From Vampirovibrionaceae bacterium NZW_1234 (GTDB taxonomy: Bacteria; Cyanobacteriota; Vampirovibrionia; Vampirovibrionales; JAGQHJ01), in assembly GCA_041697335.1 (NCBI GenBank), contig JBGUGD010000004.1:87866-151865 (forward strand): a stretch of DNA of 64,000 nt. Direction: 5' to 3'. Positions 28,132 through 38,095 of the stretch are shown one piece after another (the stretch's first letter is position 1; every line of letters starts with the position of its first letter). Made by a program: the position numbers and the translations under genes. The notes below the pieces were generated by a model. It did not search any database. It was not told where the DNA came from and saw only the letters and a list, made by a program, of their open reading frames with translations.

Positions 28132-28853
28132 TGGATACATCGCCGTTTTTATATAATCTCAGCTTTTGGGCCTTTGCAGCTCTGATGATTGGCGGCGCCT
28201 TGGGCGTTGTTCTTCATCGCAGTATTGTTTATAGTGCCCTGCTGCTTTTGGTGACCTTTCTGTCTATTTCGGCCATTTTTGTACTGCTCAATGCGCCGTT
28301 TATCGCCGCAGCGCAAATTCTGGTCTATGCCGTGGGCCTTACCATCGTGTTGATTTTCGGGATTATGTTAACCGGGGACAAACCCTTTGTTGACCCCGTG
28401 GGTCAAGAACGCCCTAAACGCTTCTGGATGATTCCGGCGGCGGTTTCTGCAGCGACGCTAGGCTTTTTGGTCTGGGCCTTGATGGCACCCAATCTGGTGG
28501 CCAATACTATTTCCGGGTTGTTTATTCAACAAGTTGATCCGGCTACGGCCTCCTCGCTGGCAGGCGTTCAGGCCATTCAAACCGATGCCGGCTTGAGCCA
28601 TATTGGGCAGCTTCTTTTTTCCAAATATTTGATTCCCTTTGAGTTGGCCTCTATTTTATTGCTTTTAGCAATGATTGGCGCCATCATCTTGTCGAAACGC
28701 CAATTCCCTGAGGAAGAAGGGCAACTTACCGCCCTCGTTGGAGAATCGGATCAACAAGATGCCTTAAACTCCCCAGATATGATGCAACCTCTGGGAGTGC
28801 CGGGATCGTCCGATTCCTCACAAAATGAAAAAGAAGTCTTAGGAGTCCACTAG
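28131..28853 (+). CDS. nuoJ: NADH-quinone oxidoreductase subunit J (NdhG)
   Basis: IVYSAL.L, AAAQILVY, Y.IPFELASILLL.AMIGAI. Confidence 0.94.
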   Translation: MDTSPFLYNLSFWAFAALMIGGALGVVLHRSIVYSALLLLVTFLSISAIFVLLNAPFIAAAQILVYAVGLTIVLIFGIMLTGDKPFVDPVGQERPKRFWMIPAAVSAATLGFLVWALMAPNLVANTISGLFIQQVDPATASSLAGVQAIQTDAGLSHIGQLLFSKYLIPFELASILLLLAMIGAIILSKRQFPEEEGQLTALVGESDQQDALNSPDMMQPLGVPGSSDSSQNEKEVLGVH

Positions 28854-28857
28854 TCTG

Positions 28858-29172
28858 ATGTTTGAAGTCGGTTTGTATCATTATCTCGGGTTGACCGTGA
28901 TTCTTTTTTGCATTGGGCTGTATGGTGTCATGTCGAGCCGCAATGCCATCCGTTTGTTGATGTGTATCGAGTTGATGTTGAATGCCGTCAATATCAACTT
29001 GGTAGCTTTCAATAACTACGTCAACATGAATGACCTTAGTGGTCAGATTTTCAGTATTTTTATTCTTACCGTTTCCGCAGCCGAAGCCTCAGTGGGTCTC
29101 GCCATCCTTATTGCCTTGTATCGCAAACGGGTGAGCGTGGATATGGAGCGCTTCAATTTGTTAAAGTGGTAG
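28858..29172 (+). CDS. nuoK: NADH-quinone oxidoreductase subunit K (NdhE)
   Basis: SRNAIRLLMCIELMLNAVNINLVAF, AAEA.VGLAI, FNLLKW. Confidence 0.96.
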   Translation: MFEVGLYHYLGLTVILFCIGLYGVMSSRNAIRLLMCIELMLNAVNINLVAFNNYVNMNDLSGQIFSIFILTVSAAEASVGLAILIALYRKRVSVDMERFNLLKW

Positions 29173-29193
29173 AGCACTACTAAGGAGAGCAAG

Positions 29194-31092
29194 GTGTCGG
29201 ATCTCATTCATAACTGCATCTGGTTGATACCGGTATACCCCCTGATTGCCTTTATCTTGATCGTTCTGGGGCGTTGGACTGGAATTATGCCTCCCAAAAG
29301 CGGCAAATCGTTGGTGATTGCGTCGACCTTTTTGGGATTGGTTCATACATTGTTGTTCTGGGCACAATGGGGCCCGGGGTATTCTCCCGTTGAAGTCAAC
29401 TGGAACTGGCTGCAAGCCGGTCCCTTGCAGTTACCTATGGGTTACTATATTGATTCTGCCGGGATGATGATGCTCCTGGTTGTGACTTCAGTCAGCATGC
29501 TCATTCAAATTTACACCCACGGCTATATGTCCCACGATCCAGGCTATAGCCGTTTTTATGCCTATCTGGCGTTGTTCAACTTCTCCATGCTCTCCCTGGT
29601 TCTTAGCTCTAACCTCTTCCAGATGTATGTGTTCTGGGAATTGGTCGGGGTTAGCAGCTTCTTGCTCATCGGCTTCTGGTTTACTCGTCCTTCGGCTGCA
29701 GCGGCGGCTGTTAAGGCCTTCCTGATGAACCGAATTGGTGACTTTGGGTTGCTGGTCGGGATTTTGACGTTGCTCTACTTCAGTTGGGATTACTGGGCCG
29801 GCCCCGTGCTGACCTTCTCCCACATGGGTGGAGCCGCTCAAGTGGCGTTAGCTGCAGCCGGTCCGATGGCTTTTACCATTATGTGCCTGCTAGTCTTTCT
29901 GGGGCCTGTTGCCAAGAGTGCCCAGTTGCCCCTACATACCTGGTTGCCTGATGCAATGGAGGGTCCGACACCTATTAGCGCCCTCATTCACGCAGCGACC
30001 ATGGTTGCTGCCGGTGTTTTCCTGGTGGCTCGGATGTACCCGGTCTTTACCCTCTCTCCTACGGCAATGACCGTTATTGCCTGGGTGGGTGCACTGACGG
30101 CCTTTGTCGCTGCTACCATTGCCTTGACTCAGGTTGATATTAAAAAGGCCCTGGCCTACTCCACCATGTCCCAGTTGGGGTATATGGTGATGGCGATGGG
30201 GATTGGTGCTTTCTCGGCTGGGTTGTTTCACCTGATGACCCATGCGTTCTTTAAGGCGATGTTGTTCTTATGCTCTGGTAGTGTGATTCATGGCTGCCAC
30301 GATGAGCAAGATATGCGTCGGATGGGCGGCTTATGGAAGTACATGCCCATTACAGCGGCCACCTATTTAATCGGGACCGTCGCCATTACCGGGGTACTTC
30401 CCTTTAGTGGCTTCTGGTCGAAGGATGAAATTATTGCCGCCACGGCCAGCTACCCGCTGCTGTTTGGGTTGGCGGTAGCTACGGCTGGTATGACGGCGTT
30501 CTATATGTTCCGGACCTACTTTATGACCTTCCATGGCAAGTATCGGGGTGAAGGTCATCCTCACGAGTCTCCTGCCGTCATGTGGGTCCCCTTGGCCGTT
30601 TTGGCTGTGCCGTCGATCCTAATCGGCGCCATTCTTTCAGGGCAATTTGGTTTCCCTGGCTTCGGCGAGTTGGTCTACTTCGGTCATCACCCTCATCACG
30701 AAGAGTTGAACCTAGCAGTGATGGGCCTGTCGGTCTTTATTGCCCTCGGTGGCTTGGCTACGGCATGGCTGATGTATGGTGGTCCTAACGTGATCAGTCC
30801 TGACTGGTTCCGCAAGACCTTCCAACCGGTCTACACGCTTTTGTGGAACAAGTGGTTCTTTGATGATGCTTATACAAGCATTGCCACCAAAATTTATTTG
30901 CCTTTTGCTGCTCTGTCCTCCTGGTTTGATCGGACAGTGATTGACGGTCTGGTAGGCTTGTCGGCCAGCACCGTCAATGTCAGCGGCAGTGCAATGAGAA
31001 CGTTACAGAGTGGACGGGTACAGACCTATGTGGCACTGTTTGTGGCAGGCCTTCTGGTATTGGCCCTGGTCCTTTGGAAATGGATGGTATAA
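29194..31092 (+). CDS. nuoL: NADH-quinone oxidoreductase subunit L (NdhF)
   Basis: WELVGV.SFLLIGFW, AKSAQLPLHTWLPDAMEGPTPISALIHAATMV, HAFFKA.LFL. Confidence 0.97.
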   Translation: MSDLIHNCIWLIPVYPLIAFILIVLGRWTGIMPPKSGKSLVIASTFLGLVHTLLFWAQWGPGYSPVEVNWNWLQAGPLQLPMGYYIDSAGMMMLLVVTSVSMLIQIYTHGYMSHDPGYSRFYAYLALFNFSMLSLVLSSNLFQMYVFWELVGVSSFLLIGFWFTRPSAAAAAVKAFLMNRIGDFGLLVGILTLLYFSWDYWAGPVLTFSHMGGAAQVALAAAGPMAFTIMCLLVFLGPVAKSAQLPLHTWLPDAMEGPTPISALIHAATMVAAGVFLVARMYPVFTLSPTAMTVIAWVGALTAFVAATIALTQVDIKKALAYSTMSQLGYMVMAMGIGAFSAGLFHLMTHAFFKAMLFLCSGSVIHGCHDEQDMRRMGGLWKYMPITAATYLIGTVAITGVLPFSGFWSKDEIIAATASYPLLFGLAVATAGMTAFYMFRTYFMTFHGKYRGEGHPHESPAVMWVPLAVLAVPSILIGAILSGQFGFPGFGELVYFGHHPHHEELNLAVMGLSVFIALGGLATAWLMYGGPNVISPDWFRKTFQPVYTLLWNKWFFDDAYTSIATKIYLPFAALSSWFDRTVIDGLVGLSASTVNVSGSAMRTLQSGRVQTYVALFVAGLLVLALVLWKWMV

Positions 31093-31104
31093 GGAGTTTT
31101 ATCA

Positions 31105-32715
31105 GTGGAAAACATTCCGATTCTCTCAATTCTGATTTTCCTGCCAATCGTGTATGCACTGATAATTCCGTTCCTACCGGATGACAACAAAGTGCTCAAC
31201 ACCTTTAGTACGGTTGGTTCCGGTTTGTTATTTGTGTTGTCTGCCTTGTTTTGGTGGCTTTCTGCTGGGCACGCCCCGATGGAAACCCGGGCTTGGTTGC
31301 CGCAACTCCATATTAACTACAGTGTGGGCGCAGATTCCCTAAGCTGGTTGTTGGTGGTCCTCACCACCTTCCTACTTTTTATGGCTGTGATTGCCAGCTA
31401 TACTTCGATTCATAAGCGTCTCAAGCTGTATTATTCGATGATTTTCGTGCTGACGACCTCGATTCTTGGGGTTTTCCTGGCTCGAGATCTCTTCTTGTTC
31501 TTCCTGTTCTGGGAATTGGAACTGATTCCCATGTACCTGCTCATCGCCATTTGGGGCGGGCCTCGTCGTGAATTTGCTGCTATTAAGTTTGTGTTGTACA
31601 CCCTTTTTGGCAGTATTTTTATGTTTGCTGCGATTTTGGGTGCGTTCTTCTTGGCTGGAACCTTTATGGGCCAAAATACCTTTGCCTTCGATCAACTGGC
31701 AAACCTCTCCGGCAGTGGTGTTGCGGTCACGGCACAGATCCTCTTGTTTCTGGGCTTTTTCCTGGCCTTCGCCATCAAGTTACCGATGGTGCCGTTTCAT
31801 ACCTGGTTGCCCGATGCCCACGTTGAAGCTCCAACCCCGATCAGTATGCTTCTGGCAGGCATATTGCTGAAAATGGGTGCCTACGGGATGGTTCGTTTCT
31901 GCTTTGGCTGGTTTCCCCAGGCCGCCGAAATCCTGGCGCCCTACCTGGTGCTGTTGGGCATGATCAATATTATCTACACGGCCGGAGTTGCCATGGTTCA
32001 GGCGGATCTCAAGAAGCTGATTGCCTATAGCAGTGTCAGCCACATGGGTTTCGTGCTTCTGGGCTTAGGGGCCTTGAATGCCGTTGGGATTAAAGGTGCC
32101 ATTTTCCAAATGATAAGTCACGGCCTGATCAGTGCCGGACTCTTTATGATTGTGGGCACGTTGTACAACCGCACCCATACCCGGATGATTGCTGAAATGG
32201 GCGGCTTTGGGAAAAACTTGCCGACGATTTATTTCTTTGCCTTATTGATTGCCTTGGCCAGCTTGGGTTTACCTTTGTTGGCGGGCTTTCCGGCAGAAAC
32301 CCTGGTCTTCTATGGTGCGTTTCTGTCCAAGGCCTTTGATGTTATTCCCTGGTTTGGTGGCGCACAGCTGAACTTGTCCATCCAGACTCTTACCGTGATT
32401 TCGGCTGTGGGTGTTGTTTTGGGCGCCGCTTATCTTTTGTGGATGTTACAGCGTGTCTTTATGGGCCCGCTTTTCCCCAAGTGGGGCGATCTCAAAGATG
32501 CTTCCGTCAGCGAGGTCTTTGTTCTGTCTGGGTTGGCCCTGCCCATTCTGATCTTTGGGCTGGTTCCCGGCTGGATTGCCGACCCCTTGGAGTCGGTGTC
32601 GGTGGACTTAAGCAAGCCCTTTGGCGTTCAGACTGAAGCGGTCTTGCCTCCAGCCAAACCCAACTACGTTTCCACTGCCGCCTTGGCGGATCAGCGTGAA
32701 GGAGAATCACACTAA
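31105..32715 (+). CDS. nuoM: NADH-quinone oxidoreductase subunit M (NdhD)
   Basis: FWELELIPMYLLI..WGG, PFHTWLPDAHVEAP, LLKMGAYG, IAYSSVSHMG. Confidence 0.97.
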   Translation: MENIPILSILIFLPIVYALIIPFLPDDNKVLNTFSTVGSGLLFVLSALFWWLSAGHAPMETRAWLPQLHINYSVGADSLSWLLVVLTTFLLFMAVIASYTSIHKRLKLYYSMIFVLTTSILGVFLARDLFLFFLFWELELIPMYLLIAIWGGPRREFAAIKFVLYTLFGSIFMFAAILGAFFLAGTFMGQNTFAFDQLANLSGSGVAVTAQILLFLGFFLAFAIKLPMVPFHTWLPDAHVEAPTPISMLLAGILLKMGAYGMVRFCFGWFPQAAEILAPYLVLLGMINIIYTAGVAMVQADLKKLIAYSSVSHMGFVLLGLGALNAVGIKGAIFQMISHGLISAGLFMIVGTLYNRTHTRMIAEMGGFGKNLPTIYFFALLIALASLGLPLLAGFPAETLVFYGAFLSKAFDVIPWFGGAQLNLSIQTLTVISAVGVVLGAAYLLWMLQRVFMGPLFPKWGDLKDASVSEVFVLSGLALPILIFGLVPGWIADPLESVSVDLSKPFGVQTEAVLPPAKPNYVSTAALADQREGESH

Positions 32716-34259
32716 TGTTTGATATGAGTTTGAGTCAACTGGGGCAACAGAACCTCATTTATCTCTTGCCGGAAGGCATCTTAACCCTGGGGTTGATGCT
32801 GGTCATTGTTCTGACGGTGGTTTCTCATCAGAAGACAGTGCAGGAAAATGACGCATTAATGCAGACCTCCCTGGTCACTGTCTTGTTGTCCTTGGGGGCG
32901 CTGGTATGGACTCATGTGAATGCACCGCTCACCACGGCTCAGTCTGTGGCGTTTGGCAGTTTGACGGCAGATTTGCTTGGGGTGCTTGTGCGTGCCGTTT
33001 TATTGGCCGGTGCTGGTATTACGATTGCCATTTCCCATCGATTTCTGCAGCAAAACACACGAATCATCAGTGACTTTTATGTCTTGATTATGGGAGCCAC
33101 CCTGGGTGGGATGGTTCTGACGATGGCTTCGGACTTGATTGCTGTCTTCGTTGCGCTGGAGACCATGAGTATTACCTCCTTCATCTTGGCCGGGTATTTG
33201 CGCAAAAATAACCGCAGCGCCGAAGCATCTTTTAAATACCTCATTTACGGTGGCGTGGGCACAGCGGTCTTTCTCTTTGGCTTGTCTTTGATCTACGGTC
33301 TGACGGGCTCTACCAATTTCTCTGAAATTGGCATGGCCATGGCTCAGTACCAAGGGGTCGCTCATCCGACGCTGGTGGTCATTATGCTGATGGTGGCTGC
33401 TGCCTTGGCTTACAAGCTTTCGATTGCCCCGTTCCATATGTGGGCGCCTGATGTGTACGAGGGGGCTCCTACTCCCGTATCGGCCTTCTTGTCTGTGGTG
33501 TCTAAAACGGCCGCCTTTGCCGTGACCATTCGGTTGCTGGTCATCATCTTTTCCGGCTTTGCCGCCTGGCCATTGTTATGGGGCATTCTTGCGGTCTTGT
33601 CCATGACGATTGGAAACTTCGTGGCCTTGAAACAAACCAACATTAAGCGTCTGTTGGCATACAGTACCGTGGCCCATGCCGGCTACATGCTTTTGGGCTT
33701 GGTGTCCGGAACTACTGTTAGCGTGGGCAGCATCCTGTTCTATTTGGTGACCTATCTGTTTATGAACCTGGGTGCCTTTGCTTCAGCCATTGCCTTTAGC
33801 AATATGACCCATACCGATGAAATCAATGCTTACCAGGGCTTGGTTTACAAACGTCCTGGTTTGGCCTTGGGGCTTAGCCTGTGTTTGCTGTCCCTGACTG
33901 GGATCCCCATTACGGCGGGTTTCTTTGCCAAGTTCTTTCTCTTTCAGGCCGTTGCCATGTCGGGGCCAATGTACTTGTGGTTAGTGGGCATTGCCTTGGT
34001 CAACAGCACGGTGTCGTTAGCATACTACATCAATATCATTCGTCTGATGGTCGTTAAAGAGCCTTCAGATGCGGTTAAGGCGATTCCCGATGCGGCAGAT
34101 AACCAAGCCTTATTGGAAACCACTTTGGCCGTCTGCGTGGTGATGACCCTGGTGTTGGGTATCTTTGCTTCACCGGTACTTGAATTCAGCAAGAATTCTA
34201 TTGAGCAACTGGCGCAAGAGCGTCCGACGGTTGTCGGCCTAGCACCGGTGTCGAAATAA
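32715..34259 (+). CDS. nuoN: NADH-quinone oxidoreductase subunit N (NdhB)
   Basis: EAS.KYL, K....PFHMWAPDVYEGAPTP, KRLLAYS..AHAGY, SL.GIP..AGFFAK. Confidence 0.97.
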   Translation: MFDMSLSQLGQQNLIYLLPEGILTLGLMLVIVLTVVSHQKTVQENDALMQTSLVTVLLSLGALVWTHVNAPLTTAQSVAFGSLTADLLGVLVRAVLLAGAGITIAISHRFLQQNTRIISDFYVLIMGATLGGMVLTMASDLIAVFVALETMSITSFILAGYLRKNNRSAEASFKYLIYGGVGTAVFLFGLSLIYGLTGSTNFSEIGMAMAQYQGVAHPTLVVIMLMVAAALAYKLSIAPFHMWAPDVYEGAPTPVSAFLSVVSKTAAFAVTIRLLVIIFSGFAAWPLLWGILAVLSMTIGNFVALKQTNIKRLLAYSTVAHAGYMLLGLVSGTTVSVGSILFYLVTYLFMNLGAFASAIAFSNMTHTDEINAYQGLVYKRPGLALGLSLCLLSLTGIPITAGFFAKFFLFQAVAMSGPMYLWLVGIALVNSTVSLAYYINIIRLMVVKEPSDAVKAIPDAADNQALLETTLAVCVVMTLVLGIFASPVLEFSKNSIEQLAQERPTVVGLAPVSK

Positions 34260-35610
34260 GATACTGATTCAACGCTTTTTCTGCATTTTCTCTGAGCCGT
34301 TCATTGCGAACGGCTCGGTCTTTTATGGGGGGCTCCAAGGCCGGTAAGATGCCCCAATTGCTGTTAATGGGTTGAAAATGCTTGACCCCAGGGCGGGTAA
34401 TATACTCGAACAGGGCTCCCATCATGCACTCTGTGGGGTAGGGTGTCGGGGATTCCCCATGCAAGGCTTGAACTACGCTGAGGCTGGCTCGAAGACCTGA
34501 GGCAATGGATTCGGTATAGCCTTCCACACCTGACAGTTGTCCTGCGATGAGAATATGAGGGTAAGTCCGAAGTTGCATGGTCGGGTTCAAAACCTCGGGG
34601 CTGTTGAGGAAGGTGTTCCGATGCATGACCCCGAATCTGACGACTTCGGCCTGTTCCAAGCCCGGAATCATCTGGATCATTTCTTTTTGCGGCCCCCACT
34701 TGATGTTGGTTTGAAAGCCGACAATGTTATACAGGGTCCCAGCCAGGTTGTCCTGTCGAAGTTGAATAACAGCATAGGGACGCTTGCCAGTTCTGGGGTC
34801 GACAATGCCGACAGGTTTCATGGGGCCGTAGCGAGGGGTGTCTTTCCCCCGTCGAGCCAACTCTTCAATGGGCAGACAGCTTTCAAAAAAGCGGGTGTCT
34901 GAGGCCTCAAAGTCTTTCAGCTCGGATTTTTCCGAACTCAGGATGAAGTCAATGAGAGCCTCGTATTGGGCCTTATCCAAGGGGCAGTTGATGTAGCTGC
35001 CTTCATCATCTCTGGGGCTCTCTTCTGTGGAGCCTTCAGTCTGGGCGGATTTGTTGTAGCGGTTTTGGTAAAAGGCAATATCAAAGTTGATGGAGTCGCG
35101 GACAATAATGGGGGCTGCTGCATCAAAGAAATACAGCTGCTTTTGGTTGAGAAGGCGTTGTAGCGTGTCTACCAGGCCTGGCGAAGTCAGTGGGCCTGTG
35201 GCAATAATTACATAATCCGCATCTGGTGGGATGTCTGTGATATCAGCGGATTCTCGCGTAATCCAAGGGGACTCGTCAACGAGGCGGGTGACTTCCCGGG
35301 TAAACTGATCCCGGTCCACGGCCAGGGCATTGCCCGCGGGAACCGCAATACGATCGGCCAACTGAATCAACTGGCAGTCGAGGGTCCTTAGTTCCTGCTT
35401 CAGCAGGCCGCTTGCGGTTGAGGGTTGCAGGTTTCCGAAACTGTTGCTGCAGACGATTTCGGCAAGAGTATCCGAGTGATGGGCAGGCGATCGTTTAAGG
35501 GGTTTCATGTCGTAGAGAGTTACCGGAATGTGGCGTTTAGCCAGTTGCAGGGCTGCTTCCGAGCCGGCGAGGCCTCCGCCAATGATGATGATCTTAGGGT
35601 GTTGCGACAT
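34198..35610 (-). CDS. trmFO: Folate/FAD-dependent tRNA (uracil-5-)-methyltransferase TrmFO
   Basis: IGGGLAGSEAA, AEIVCSNS, FFDAAAPI, GPMKPVG, VGFQT, GVMHRNTF, AGQ.SGVEGY; AGGAGA RBS before 35610. Confidence 0.97.
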   Translation of the reverse strand: MSQHPKIIIIGGGLAGSEAALQLAKRHIPVTLYDMKPLKRSPAHHSDTLAEIVCSNSFGNLQPSTASGLLKQELRTLDCQLIQLADRIAVPAGNALAVDRDQFTREVTRLVDESPWITRESADITDIPPDADYVIIATGPLTSPGLVDTLQRLLNQKQLYFFDAAAPIIVRDSINFDIAFYQNRYNKSAQTEGSTEESPRDDEGSYINCPLDKAQYEALIDFILSSEKSELKDFEASDTRFFESCLPIEELARRGKDTPRYGPMKPVGIVDPRTGKRPYAVIQLRQDNLAGTLYNIVGFQTNIKWGPQKEMIQMIPGLEQAEVVRFGVMHRNTFLNSPEVLNPTMQLRTYPHILIAGQLSGVEGYTESIASGLRASLSVVQALHGESPTPYPTECMMGALFEYITRPGVKHFQPINSNWGILPALEPPIKDRAVRNERLRENAEKALNQYLISTPVLGRQPSDALAPVAQ

Positions 35611-35922
35611 CCGGGATTCATCTCCTGATTGTGTGACACGACATCTGTAAAGCTGATTGTAGCGCAATTGTCTTAGACTGAAAATCACAACAGAAAGATG
35701 AGAGGCCAACTTCAGGCCGTCTTTTCTGAGGCATTGCCCATCAAGAGGCGTTTACCACAAATATTAATAAAATCTTAGGATCACTAGCACAAAACCTTAA
35801 GAAATTGTTTTTATATAAATAAGTTAAATTCTCTCTTCTTCAGTTTAGTTTGTTATCTCTTTTTTTAAATATCTCTCTTTTAGGTACTTCTTGTTAGGAA
35901 TATTGAGTTAGGAGTTGCTTCG

Positions 35923-36258
35923 ATGAGTTTCGCTGCATCGGTTGCACGCGATTTGCTGCTGACGGCACGCAATGCGGATCTGGAATTTCAAATCAATTTG
36001 CTGAGTGAAAATCTTCAGCAGTTAACGGCAGTCGCCGCCAGTTTATTTTCACTGGCTGCAAACATCCAGCCGGGAAGTCCGGAATCGCAATTATTGTCGG
36101 TTCGCCAAGCACAGTTAGCCCAGGTCGAAAAAGGGATTGAAATCCAGTTGGACAAAGTTCGGTCGCAACAAAAAGCGGTTGCGGCAGAGATTGAAGCCGT
36201 TCGTAAGACCATTACGGATGACATCAATCGCTCCTTCAAAACCTTTGCCAACGCATAG
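35923..36258 (+). CDS. Small coiled-coil hypothetical protein (AAS.AR.L.LTAR..DLEF N-terminus)
   Basis: 111-aa ORF with TAGGAG RBS; Ala/Gln/Leu-rich heptads. Confidence 0.8.
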   Translation: MSFAASVARDLLLTARNADLEFQINLLSENLQQLTAVAASLFSLAANIQPGSPESQLLSVRQAQLAQVEKGIEIQLDKVRSQQKAVAAEIEAVRKTITDDINRSFKTFANA

Positions 36259-36347
36259 AGTTCTCTTTTTCATCAGGTTCAACAGTCGCATCGCACACAG
36301 AAACGATTTATAATAACCCCATCCACATTGATGAGGTCAGCCTGCCT

Positions 36348-37235
36348 ATGCGGATTGGGTATCTTGGCCCCGCGGGGTCCCATTCTCAAGTCGCCGCTGA
36401 AATGTTTGCTCAGCGGTATGTTTCACATGGAGACAATACCTCTCTTTTACCAGTACCGATGATGAGTTTCCGGCAGATTTTGGATGCCGTGGATGAAGGT
36501 GCCCTGGATTTGGCCTGTGTCCCTGTTGAGAATGCCCTGGAAGGGTCTGTGGGAGAAGTCTTGGACAGTTTGGCGTTGAAGCTGTCACGAACCCAGATTG
36601 TGGCCGAGTTTGTGATGCCTATCCAGCATGCATTGATTCGAAAGTATGAGTTCATGGAAGGCATTGCCTTTGTTCATTCGCATCCGCAAGCCATCGGGCA
36701 ATGCCGGGATGCCGTGTATGAGCTGTTCGGCACCGATGTGAAATTTATTCCTGCTGCATCTACCTCCGAGGCGGTTAAAGCGTTGTTAACGTTGGATGAA
36801 ACCCATGCGGCCATTGGCTCCTGTAAAGCGGCACAGCATTACGGCTTGGAAGTGTTGATTGAAAATCTTGGAAACAACACCCGAAACGCCACACGATTTC
36901 TGGTCCTTTCCAGTCAGTCCCCTCAGTCCTTGGCACACTTGGAGGCAGGGCCTGGTATGATGAAAACATCCTTGTGTCTTGGAATGCATGAAAACAAGCC
37001 AGGCGCCCTTTTAGAGGTGCTCATGCTCTTTGCCGAGCATCAGTTGAACATGTCTAAGATCGAGTCCCGACCCGCTAAAAAAAGTCTGGGTGACTATTTA
37101 TTTTATGTCGACATTGAAGGCACGGTGCCGGTCGAGGTTATGCAAAAGCTGGAGGCAAAAACCTCGTTTTTGCGCTGCTTAGGGGTGTATCCTTCCTTAG
37201 GTCAGCTGAGCGTGGATCTGGAATCATCACTTTAA
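36348..37235 (+). CDS. pheA: Prephenate dehydratase
   Basis: YLGP.GS.S, VPVENALEGSV, SHPQAIGQC, NATRFLVL and ACT domain with KIESRP. Confidence 0.96.
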   Translation: MRIGYLGPAGSHSQVAAEMFAQRYVSHGDNTSLLPVPMMSFRQILDAVDEGALDLACVPVENALEGSVGEVLDSLALKLSRTQIVAEFVMPIQHALIRKYEFMEGIAFVHSHPQAIGQCRDAVYELFGTDVKFIPAASTSEAVKALLTLDETHAAIGSCKAAQHYGLEVLIENLGNNTRNATRFLVLSSQSPQSLAHLEAGPGMMKTSLCLGMHENKPGALLEVLMLFAEHQLNMSKIESRPAKKSLGDYLFYVDIEGTVPVEVMQKLEAKTSFLRCLGVYPSLGQLSVDLESSL

Positions 37236-37250
37236 TCGTGCGAGGGCTAC

Positions 37251-37286
37251 AAAATAAAAACCGCCGATTCCGTGAGGTCCTGGCGG
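37251..37286 (-). terminator. Probable intrinsic terminator for the minus-strand gene ending at 37345
   Basis: Interrupted CCGCC...GGCGG stem followed on the minus strand by TTTTTATTTT. Confidence 0.5.
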
Positions 37287-37344
37287 GTAGGGTCGTATGT
37301 GTGTAGGGATGTGTATTGAGTTAAAAGTAGGTGGGTTTTGATAT

Positions 37345-37896
37345 CTAGTGTTGCGGATCCTGATAAATGGCGTGGTATATCTCCGATTTCAACCGGGCTA
37401 GTGTCTCGGGTGATTCGATGGGCCATGGTGTGCTAATAATCACCACAGGGCCACTTGGGCGCCAACAGACACGATGGGCAATGGCAGAATTTGCCAAGGG
37501 GTTGCCGACGGTGCCGTTTTTCAGGATGTAGGGGATGGCAAGTTTCGGGGTTCCTCCTTCAAAATAGGTATACAGACGTGGAAAGGTCACGTCGCATGCA
37601 TCACTCTCGAGGCTACTATGGGCAGCCAGCGAGTCTGGAATGGTCATGCCAGAGGGGTTGCCATAAGCGCCCAGCGTCGAGTGGCGGTGTTTCCGGCGAG
37701 TATCGACACCACCCAAAGGACGGTGAAATCCTTGCCCGGAAAGACGTTTCGATCGGATGGACGGGGTTCCCATTCCGTGATGGTATGGGGCAACACCGAT
37801 GGATGTGGGAGAGTTCGTTGGAGACAAATCCGCTGAGATCGGTGTGGTGACCGAGTCGTCACAAGATGTGTTCACAAATTGAGAATGCGGATGCAC
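37345..37896 (-). CDS. Hypothetical protein
   Basis: 183-aa ORF with GA-rich RBS (GAGGGAGAGAGAG) before a GTG start and a terminator downstream. Confidence 0.6.
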   Translation of the reverse strand: MHPHSQFVNTSCDDSVTTPISADLSPTNSPTSIGVAPYHHGMGTPSIRSKRLSGQGFHRPLGGVDTRRKHRHSTLGAYGNPSGMTIPDSLAAHSSLESDACDVTFPRLYTYFEGGTPKLAIPYILKNGTVGNPLANSAIAHRVCWRPSGPVVIISTPWPIESPETLARLKSEIYHAIYQDPQH

Positions 37897-38095
37897 TGAA
37901 CTCTCTCTCCCTCAAAAATCTATGGCTTCTCTCTCTCGTTGCTTTCCAATCATTCGCTTTACTCCAAAATAAAAACAAACGCGCTGAAAAAATTGCTAGC
38001 TCGATCCAAATCTGATAAAAAATATTCACAAAAGATAAAGAAAACGCTCAAAAGCCGCACAGGGCTTCAAAAAGCGAAATCACATCAACGGGGTG

